Below, piece after piece: positions 58,324-64,000 of a stretch of 64,000 nt of DNA. A program made the translations under genes and the position numbers. The notes beneath the pieces were generated by a model. The model was not told the DNA's origin and searched no databases. It saw only the letters and a program-made list of their open reading frames with translations. Every line of letters starts with the position of its first letter. The first letter of the stretch is position 1. The stretch comes from Eledone cirrhosa (lineage: Eukaryota), in the NCBI GenBank assembly GCA_964016885.1, contig OZ024744.1, positions 126,170,001 through 126,234,000 on the forward strand. Direction: 5' to 3'.

Positions 58324-59964
58324 GGACAGCCAGTAATATGTAATAGCCTGCAGGATGATAATAAACAGAAGAGGGTTAATTACAGAGCCCTGATAGAGGG
58401 TTAATAACAGAGCCCTGATAGACTTGTTCACTCAACTCCTCACTATAGCCATCATTACTTTTAACCTTACTGACTGCTCCTCCATACATGGCTTTTACTG
58501 CTCTCACAAGCCACTCATATACCCCTAGTTTTCTAAGTTATACACCAGATTAGGGAAGGGGGAAGTCTCACAGAAGCTCTCTCTGGGTCAACAAATGCCA
58601 AGTAGAGGGGCTTATTTTAGCTAGGTACTACTCTTGCAGTTGCCACACAAGGAAGAGGACATCAGTGGTACTTTTACCTGGCACAAATCCAAACTTCATC
58701 TCATCTAGGTTAACTTGGTCCCTAATCAGCTGTGTTATAAATCTAACACCTTCATGAAGTGGTCCATCTAATATCTCTATAGTTTTCTAGCTCTAGTACA
58801 TCTCCTTTGCCCTTGTAGCAGTTGATGATGATGATACTACACCATTTATTTGGTATGACACCATTTTGTATTACATGCTGTACGATACCAGTGGTTAAGA
58901 TGTGACCCACCATCCCAGATACTTTCAGTATCTCAGCAACTATCACCAATGGACAAGATACTTTCTCTGTCTTCATATCCTTAATTACCTTACTTCATAT
59001 CCTTAATTACCTTACTGCTTACTTGTATGGCTGGACCCTCTGTTGGGCCCACTTTCCGTAGACTATCTTCCTCCCATGCATTCTCCTCATTCAGTAATCT
59101 TTCATAAAGGCATTTCCATGTTACAAAGGTTGGCTGAAAAGTTCATAGACTATCAATGATAGCATGATGCTAGAGCTGTGAAATTTTGCCTGCATTAATT
59201 TCAACTCTTCTTATTAATAACTGCATTGTTTCCTTCCAGGGACTATGTTGAAAAATAAACCTCATTTGGTCATTCCATGAGTGTATCTTGGTCTGCCTAT
59301 GAACTTTTCAGCTGACCCTATTCAGCATCAGTGAGCCCAAATGCCCCATTATCATCCTGGACACACTTTACCCCAACATCACAATTTGCCCTCACACACT
59401 GCCTCACAATCCTGAACATCTCATGTATTTCATCCTCACATCATAAAACCAACTGAAATTATATATTCTCTGCTTCCCTCCTTGCAAAGAATACTTCTTG
59501 CCTAGCTTCCTGTAGTGTACCCTCCAGCTGCCTCCATTCTGCCATTATTCCATGCCTGTCTCTTGGCCTTAACTGTCTCATCTACCCTAGTGTTTCACCA
59601 CCAAGATACTCTCCTCTCTGAAGCCCTGCTCCAGCCACAGATCTAGTTTGACACCTTCAGCAAAGGTTCTTTAAGGAACTCCCACTGTTCCCCTATATTG
59701 TATGTTTCTATTTGTTCTTCCTTACTGTTGTAAAGATCAAACAAAATATCTCTAAATTTGGAACTGGCTGAGGGGTCCTTTAACTTCCATATCCTTCTCC
59801 TCCAAGTTGCCCTCAGTCTTCAAGTTCATCTAAGTCTATGAAATCACTAACTACTGGGTTATGTTGGGAGGTGCATTCTTCCCCAGGGGGTGGGGATTGT
59901 GTGTTTACAAATGTCAATATCTCATCTTCTGGTGAGGATAAAAATCTGACTGGCATGCTCCTCT
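58324..59964 (-). pseudogene. Decayed RTE fragment with nested mariner MITE at 59124-59321 (copy 2)
   Basis: Near-identical to 27020-28660. Confidence 0.75.
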
Positions 59965-60033
59965 GACCAATAGGTGTTGAAGTGGTTGTCGGGTAAACGT
60001 TAAGACCCTCTGATATACATATATATATATATA

Positions 60034-60088
60034 CTAGCAGTGGTACCCGGCGTTGCACGGGATAACGTATTTCGGAACGCGGGCCGCC
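60034..60088 (-). mobile_element. Helitron-type 3' terminus, minus strand (copy 2)
   Basis: Identical to 28730-28784. Confidence 0.7.
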
Positions 60089-60388
60089 ATCTTCCACTTC
60101 AGCCGGTCGCCCTAAAGTGTTGGCTATTCAGTCTACTTGAGGCCAGTTGGTGAGGGGGGGTAAAGCTTTCAGTGTGCTACTACCCTCACGGTCAAATAGA
60201 AAGGGAGAGGAAGAAAAGTCAGCGTTAATATCGTGCTACACGTTTGAAAGGTTGGATGACCTTAGAGTTCACCAGGGTGGGGGGTTCTAAAAGTATCTAT
60301 CTTGGTATTTTATCTTAGAAGTAATCATTACAGAGTGTACTGGGTGTATTTTAGTGGGCAGTAATTCCATAAAGAACACAGTATAATC

Positions 60389-61154
60389 TGTGGACACAAG
60401 CCTTGCAGTGTGATTACAGGCAGGTTAATGGGAAAGATAGATTATATATGTGACATGATGTACATGAGAAGTGAGGACACAGACCACACATGAAATAGAT
60501 TCCTACAACTGTCAGGGAGGCTCCCTAGAATTACAGATGACATATTTCAATATCTCGGTGATCAAGTTAGCAGTGGAGGAAGAATCTCTAAAAGTGTAAT
60601 ACCCAGGATAAGGACAGGCTGGAAGAAGTTTAGAGTACTGTTCCATCTGTTGACAACAAAGGGCTTCTCTCTCAGAATGGAGGCTAGACTGCTTGATACT
60701 TATGTGTGGTCTGCAATCTACACCCCAGCCATGCCCCTTCCACTACCACTCCTTAGCTATTTCTCTCCATTAATACTCCTCACATTTCAAGCAGTTTTCT
60801 CATCTCAATGAAAGAAAAATATTGGGCTCAAGAGAAGTCTTCAGTTATGCCATGGTGTGGCAACCTCCCTAGGGTTGGGCAGAGTGTAAATGAGAGTGAA
60901 ATTAGGTATGAGAGGGATCATATGCAGTATACAAGAGAGTAGATTACATTGGTATGGTCATGTGATGGGTATAAAGGATGACAGCTGTATAAAAATGTGC
61001 TGGGCAATCAAAGTTGATGGAAGTTATGAAGGCGGAAGACCCAGGATGACCTGGGATGAGGTGATAAAAGATGACTTTGCACAATTGCAACTCTCAAAGA
61101 CAATGACACAGGATAGAGATCTTGAGATGTATGCAGCAATACAGAAGGCCTGCT
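60389..61154 (+). pseudogene. RTE 3' fragment (copy 2)
   Basis: Identical to 29085-29850. Confidence 0.85.
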
Positions 61155-61259
61155 TTCCAATGTGCACGGACTCAAACATACATCTAGTAGGCCCCTCCTA
61201 ACCACTATACTCCTTTCCAAACTCCCACACTCCCACTTCTGTACACACCACCTTTAGAC

Positions 61260-61967
61260 TGTAAAGTGGTAGTGTACAAGTCACAACAAAAGCACCCAGT
61301 CCACTCTGTAAAGTTGATGTGTTGGTGTCATAACAAAAGGCACTCAGTCCACTCTGTAAAGAGGTTGTGTAAGTGTCACAACAAAGACATCTAGTCCACA
61401 CTGTAAAGTGGTCATGTAGGTGTCACAACAAAAAGTACCAGTCATTATTGTAAAGTGGTTGTATAGGTGTCATAACAAAAAGCACCCAGTCGACACTGTA
61501 AAGTGGTTGTGTAGGTGTCAGAACCAAAAGCACCCAGTCCACACTGTAAAGTGGTTGTGTAGGTGTCATGACAAAAAGCACCTAGTCCACACTGTAAAGT
61601 GGTCATGCAGGTGTCATGACAAAAAGCACCCAGTCCTCACTGTAAAGTGGTCATGTAGGTGTCATGTCAAAAAGCACCCAGTCCACCCTGTAAAGTGGTT
61701 GTGTAGGTGTCATGATAAAAAGCACCCAGTCCACACAGTAAAGTGGTCATGTAGGTGTCACTAAAAAAGCACCCAGTCTACTCTGTAAAGTGGTCATGTA
61801 GGTGTCATGACAAATAGCACCCAGTCCACCCTGTAAAGTGTTCATGTAGGTGTCATGACGGAGAGTAACCAGTCCACAATGTAAAGTAGCCATGTAGCTG
61901 TCACAACAAAGCACCCAGTCCACACTGTAAAGTGGTCATGTAGGTGTCATTTCAAAAAGCACCCAGG
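61260..61967. repeat. 48-bp minisatellite (copy 2; one extra unit)
   Basis: The overlapping ORF is 114 aa versus 98 aa in copy 1, which equals +48 bp. Confidence 0.92.
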
Positions 61968-62041
61968 TCCATGGCTTGGCCTGCTAACCGACGCTATACC
62001 CAAGTCGGTCGCCATGCTTTCCAGCATAGAGTTACGTCTCT

Positions 62042-62162
62042 TTATGGTCTGAGTTCAAATCACGCCGAGGTTAACTTTGCCTTTCATCCTTACGGGGTCG
62101 ATAAAATAAAGCACCAGTAATGTACTGGGGTCGATTTAATCGACTTTCCCCTCCTCTGCCAA
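62042..62162 (+). mobile_element. SINE (copy 2)
   Basis: Identical to 30690-30810. Confidence 0.75.
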
Positions 62163-62196
62163 ATGACACACACATGCATGGTTCGGGGGAACCTAC

Positions 62197-62256
<60 letters not shown>

Positions 62257-63135
62257 GTAGGTCACTGGTTGAGTCGGTATTAACCACAGTAACTAAGGTA
62301 CTCAATACATATTAGATATAGGTGTCTTTCTAATTGCTGGCCTTGTTCATAAGGTATACACAAGTATGATGTGTGTCTGTTTAACTGTACGTGTGAAAAC
62401 ATCGCGAAATTGCGCCTTTTAATATTTGAATATAAACAGTTAAAAAATAATTATTTTAGTAATTTTTAAATATCGATAATGTGTATATAAATATTAGAAA
62501 TCAATTTAATTAGTTCAGTAACATTACTCGGAGTTAAGATAAACCTTCATTTGAAGAAATTCGAGATTTGACCAAATAAATAGATTATGTGATCAATAAA
62601 AAAAATATGTATACGCGCTTGAACGACGGGTTGCAGACAGTCAGGCATACAGACACATATTTTAAAGCGTGCGACGTTAAAAGTGTTACTCTCTCTCTTT
62701 TTAGATAGATAGACTTAATTAAAGCAGTTTCACTCTCTCTATATTTCATCAGCTCTCTCTCTCTTAAATTGAAAGATTCATTAAGGCTGAAATAATCTAA
62801 ACAGTAACATCATTTTTCGCCAGCTCTAGCTTGCGTCCAGAGATATACACACACATATATATATATTTTTTTTGTTATCGAGTTGAGCTTTGCCAAGCAT
62901 AGAATTCCAAATTTGACCATCTCCACTGAAAATGTTCGTGAAATAGTCTTTAAGAAGCAATTTAATTTTTTCCAACTGAAACTGTAAGTATTTTAAAATT
63001 TATTTCAACATGGTCTTAAAAGATTGTTGGCTTTTTTTAAATTCATAACTATTTACTATGAAATATAAATTATTAAATCCAATTTATTTGATAACCATGA
63101 TTTGATTTTATAATTACCTGAATCACGTTAACATG

Positions 63136-63176
<41 letters not shown>

Positions 63177-63429
63177 GTGTGTGTATATATATATATATAT
63201 AATAATTGTTTCTACGTTACGCAGTGTATTACTGGTACTGTATTTTACGATATTAAATATTAAATATTAACTATTAGATATTAAATATTAAATATTAGAT
63301 ATTAGATATTAAATATTAAATATGATATCCCTGAAATATATATAATGAAATAAATATGGTTTTATAAATGTAATTTCCATTTGTTTAATATCAAATATAT
63401 ATATATATATATATATGTATTTATGTATA

Positions 63430-63497
<68 letters not shown>

Positions 63498-63723
63498 GCA
63501 GACACAGACACAGAATATCGTATATATCACACACACACAATTAAGACTTGACGTGTTGCAGACAGCCAGACATACAGAGAGATATTTTAAAGCGTGCGAC
63601 CTTAAATTTCTTACTCTTTCTCTTATCAAAAGAGAAAGAGTAATGCTAACACTTACGTCTACTTCACGCTCTCTTGAACCGTTACAGAAATTGCATCACA
63701 TCTAATTATAACTTTGTACGTTT

Positions 63724-63724
63724 G

Positions 63725-63799
<75 letters not shown>

Positions 63800-63805
63800 G
63801 CACAC

Positions 63806-63836
<31 letters not shown>

Positions 63837-63839
63837 CAC

Positions 63840-63893
<54 letters not shown>

Positions 63894-63960
63894 GTGTGTG
63901 TGTGTATATATATACACACACACGTGTATATATATATATATATATACACACACACGTGTG

Positions 63961-63993
<33 letters not shown>

Positions 63994-64000
63994 GTGTGTG
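63724..64000. repeat. Compound (TA)n(CA)nCG(TG)n microsatellite (copy 2, runs off the window)
   Basis: Equivalent to 32363 onward. Confidence 0.95.

Larger units (their letters stand above)
40248..64000. repeat. Giant tandem repeat unit, copy 2 (partial; equivalent to 1-~32700 of copy 1, with shorter internal arrays)
   Basis: Near-identical to copy 1 outside the arrays. Differences are scattered SNPs, microsatellite lengths and array copy numbers. Confidence 0.97.

Overview
Eukaryotic repeat-rich DNA, probably from a coleoid cephalopod such as Octopus. That assignment is inferred from SINE motifs, RTE/CR1 relics, TTAGGG tracts and dense microsatellites. The window holds about 1.7 near-identical copies of one giant tandem unit: copy 1 is 1-40247 (~40.2 kb) and copy 2 starts at 40248 and would be ~31.3 kb because its internal arrays are shorter. 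No host protein-coding gene is evident. The core of the unit is a hollowed-out rDNA transcription unit, in this order: (CCCTAA)n tract, 172-bp spacer/promoter-like array, 5'ETS-like region, first ~180 nt of 18S, a satellite of 24 (copy 1) or 11 (copy 2) monomers, degenerate 28S 3' end, 3'ETS-like region. The satellite monomers are built almost entirely from scrambled, sense-strand, conserved 18S and 28S core fragments joined at microhomologies. Downstream lie a 1,584-bp-period fold-back satellite ending in a Helitron-type 3' terminus, a 5'-truncated CR1 LINE with an intact 921-aa ORF2 and a G GGA AAC -1 frameshift-type ORF1/ORF2 junction, and a 5'-inverted (twin-primed) R4/Dong insertion in a TAA microsatellite. 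Many degenerate RTE, CRE, SINE and MITE relics and minisatellites fill the rest. rRNA matches were made by eye against remembered canonical sequences and need alignment to confirm.
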